A DNA stretch of 64,000 nucleotides from Armatimonadota bacterium. Its GTDB lineage: Bacteria; Armatimonadota; HRBIN16. A program made the position numbers and the translations under genes. The DNA lies in the NCBI GenBank assembly GCA_963677485.1, contig OY781964.1, positions 1,120,001 through 1,184,000 of the forward strand, in the 5' to 3' direction. Below the pieces are notes generated by a model. It was not told the DNA's origin, did no database searches, and was given only the letters and a program-made list of their open reading frames with translations. Positions 61,629 to 64,000 of this stretch are shown here, in pieces (position 1 is the stretch's first letter; the number at the start of each line of letters is the position of its first letter).

Positions 61629-61657
61629 TTGCACGAAAAACGTGAATGGTATATGAT
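61629..61657 (+). promoter_or_regulatory. Sigma70-type promoter of the XRE gene
   Basis: TTGCAC-N17-TATGAT. Confidence 0.55.
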
Positions 61658-61702
61658 GGAACCAGAACCACCACAGGCCAAGGCTGGAGAGTAACACAAA
61701 CT

Positions 61703-62053
61703 ATGAGCAACAGTTCCAAGATAACCGGATCCTCCGGTAATGTGTTCGAAGACATCGGTCTGCAACACGCCGAGGAAGCACTCGCACGGGCTGATCTGGC
61801 GTTGCGGATTAGCGACATTATCACCGAACGTGGAATAACCCAAGCGACGGCAGCTCATATACTGGGGATTGACCAGCCGAAGGTGTCGGCGCTTGTACGT
61901 GGTCGCCTCGAGGGATTTTCCACATACCGGCTGTTCCGGTTTCTCAACGCGCTTGGCAGTGATGTGCAGATAGTCATCAATCCCAAACGCCCTGGCACTG
62001 ACCGAGGACGAATCCAGGTCTTTGGTGGAGCACGCACCAATCCAGTGGTTTGA
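61703..62053 (+). CDS. XRE-family HTH protein (HigA-like antitoxin, HTH_37 type)
   Basis: SSGNVFEDIGL, ITQATAAHILGIDQPKVSAL.RGRL.GFS..RL.RFL.ALG.DV.I. GGAG RBS. Confidence 0.88.
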   Translation: MSNSSKITGSSGNVFEDIGLQHAEEALARADLALRISDIITERGITQATAAHILGIDQPKVSALVRGRLEGFSTYRLFRFLNALGSDVQIVINPKRPGTDRGRIQVFGGARTNPVV

Positions 62054-62351
62054 TTTATCATGACAATCTACAATGCGTTAGTAATCCCCCACCCTCACCC
62101 GCTTCAGCAGCATATAGACGTTATTAATCTAGCTCCGCCATACAATCGACATGCACGGAGCGAACATTTCTAGTGATAACAGGCCATTCGTGCCTTCCCA
62201 GTAAAAAGAACCACCGTCAGCCACGATATCTGCATTAATCCTCTTGAATATCTAACCGTAATATGCTACGATTACATCGCGAACGAAAAATCGAACACGT
62301 TGAGATACACTTTGTCCTCCGGCATCGACCTACACTAAGGAGGTTTTGACC

Positions 62352-63041
62352 ATGAAACGGCTCATCTTTTTCATTTTCCTGGTGCTGATATTCAATGTGG
62401 CAGCACAAAGCAAGCCACATAGCGCGTTTTACTACAAACAGAAATATGGGCTGGTACTAGAAACAGATGGATGCGGATGCACTCAAAGGATAAACACTCC
62501 GGGGAAGTCGTGGAAGGACGGTTATGACCTTGGGATACTTATTAGACGCTTTGAGGTGATCTGGCTCCCATATAAACACACCAAGATAAAGAGCTGGATG
62601 ATATATGGGGACGGTGGCACAACAATGCGACTCGAGGTTGTCACGCGCGATAAGAGTGGCCGTATAAAAGAGTTATATAGCGCGTCTACTGACTGGATAC
62701 TTATAGATCGATGGAAACAGGGAATATTTACTGTTCAAAGAATTAACAGAGACGATGGTTTCATCGTCTCGGATCAACATGCAGTGTGGAATAAAGATAC
62801 AGGTACATTCGTAGAGGGGCGTGTGCATCAAGCAACCGATGTGCTAAACAAGATGAGTTTGTATGATATATTTAATTCGGTTCGTATTTGCGCCACGCTG
62901 GACAAAGGCAGGTGGGGCTTGATCGATAAATACATGCTGATCCGGTTCAAACCATCAGGATATATCAGCAGCCGTCTTCCACGAAAATACAGAGATGCCC
63001 CATGCGTTCAAGCCAAGTTTGAAGAATGGAAAGGAAAATGA
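62352..63041 (+). CDS. Secreted hypothetical protein, paralogue 1 (probably truncated by a premature TGA; homology continues to 63125)
   Basis: Signal peptide and AAGGAGG RBS. Shares EVIWLPY, NRDDGFI, SVRIC and PSGYI.SRLPR.YRD.PCVQAK with the next gene. Confidence 0.75.
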   Translation: MKRLIFFIFLVLIFNVAAQSKPHSAFYYKQKYGLVLETDGCGCTQRINTPGKSWKDGYDLGILIRRFEVIWLPYKHTKIKSWMIYGDGGTTMRLEVVTRDKSGRIKELYSASTDWILIDRWKQGIFTVQRINRDDGFIVSDQHAVWNKDTGTFVEGRVHQATDVLNKMSLYDIFNSVRICATLDKGRWGLIDKYMLIRFKPSGYISSRLPRKYRDAPCVQAKFEEWKGK

Positions 63042-63160
63042 CACCATAAGCCCGTCTACGTGAGCCGATGTAATCCCAAGCAAGAAGATAAGTCAGAATG
63101 GATGGACTGCCATCAATACGACTGATATGATGTGAACAGATCATAACTCGGAGGCATACC

Positions 63161-63922
63161 GTGAAACGCAAATTCTTCATGCTCATCTGCTTGGCTTTCA
63201 TATGCACCCATGCACAAGCGCAGTATGTGAAAAACAAACAAGGATTGAACCTCTGGATTGATGGCGATTACGTGATCCAAAGGGTGTATACGCCTGGTAC
63301 GCCTTGGAAGGGTGCCTATGAGCTGGGTATGGCGGTACGCCAGTGTGAGGTCATATGGCTTCCTTATCACGGTCGCTCCATTAAGTGTTGGTTGTTCTAC
63401 GATAATTCCGGGAGCCGCAACCAAATGTGCGTGTTAACGACGGATAAGTCGGATCGTGTGAAGTGTATATTAGATACAGCAGCCGATGATATAGATATGT
63501 CACGGTGGCGACAACACCGGTTCGTATTGGGACAGGTTAATCGCGATGACGGCTTCATATTATCGAAACAGCGCATAACTTGGGACCGTACTAAAGGTGT
63601 GTTTACATATGGACCTGTCACAATAGACAAACAAGGCTTGCGCAGCATGAGTCTAGCTGAGATACTGGATTCAGTTCGTATCTGCTTCACATTGAAAAAC
63701 GCGAGGTGGCGCGATAAAGGCAGAGACCATATCATCAGGTTTACCCCATCAGGCTACATCAACAGCCGTCTTCCCAGACAGTACCGCGACAAACCTTGTG
63801 TACAGGCAAAACTGGTGAATTGTAACACCATAAATGGCCCAGCCAATGTTAATGGTAAGCTTTTGCTAACACCGTGCAAGCCCATCGATGTAGACCCAGA
63901 AATGTGGAAATATGGACATTAA
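63161..63922 (+). CDS. Secreted hypothetical protein, paralogue 2
   Basis: GGAGG RBS, GTG start and signal peptide. Clear paralogue of 62352-63041. Confidence 0.8.
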   Translation: MKRKFFMLICLAFICTHAQAQYVKNKQGLNLWIDGDYVIQRVYTPGTPWKGAYELGMAVRQCEVIWLPYHGRSIKCWLFYDNSGSRNQMCVLTTDKSDRVKCILDTAADDIDMSRWRQHRFVLGQVNRDDGFILSKQRITWDRTKGVFTYGPVTIDKQGLRSMSLAEILDSVRICFTLKNARWRDKGRDHIIRFTPSGYINSRLPRQYRDKPCVQAKLVNCNTINGPANVNGKLLLTPCKPIDVDPEMWKYGH

Positions 63923-64000
63923 GGCGACTAACTCACACCACTAGATACGAAGGGTGGCGGTTATTAGGAGACATCGATGACCGAGGATGCATATAGGATT

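Noticed and set aside
26434-63041. Genome-wide stop-codon reassignment suggested by two in-frame stops
   Set aside because: TAG ends eno, cobO and the rubredoxin, and TGA ends A2M, recC and the metH N part at expected positions, so the standard code 11 applies.
63978-64000. ORF start at the window end (ATGACCGAGGATGCA...) after an AGGAG RBS
   Set aside because: Only about 7 codons are visible, too few to characterise.

Overview
Bacterial chromosomal window of moderately high GC. It is most consistent with Armatimonadota or a similar glycan-foraging lineage, inferred from a PEP-CTERM protein, an [32 protein letters not shown]1559 prepilin-like protein and many secreted glycoside hydrolases. 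Carbohydrate genes include GH2, GH20, GH78, GH39-like and six-hairpin GHs, a sulfatase, an acyltransferase and a DegT aminotransferase. Other coding features are enolase, a membrane protein/alpha-2-macroglobulin/VanW operon, two URO-D-family genes (one interrupted by an in-frame TAG), recC-recB-recD, a split metH followed by an un-called rubredoxin and yitJ, an orphan XRE antitoxin-like gene and two tandem low-GC paralogues (the first with an apparently premature TGA). A cobalamin riboswitch precedes cobO. The top finding is a TPP riboswitch with terminator and antiterminator controlling an operon of DUF1559/H-X9-DG prepilin-like gene, thiN and a sodium:solute symporter. This suggests a pilin-like protein acts in thiamine capture. 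Many intergenic spaces are filled with nested mosaics of several REP/REPIN-like and 7-10-nt periodic repeat families, with no transposase in the window. No tRNA, rRNA or CRISPR array was seen. All family assignments come from motif recognition, not database searches.
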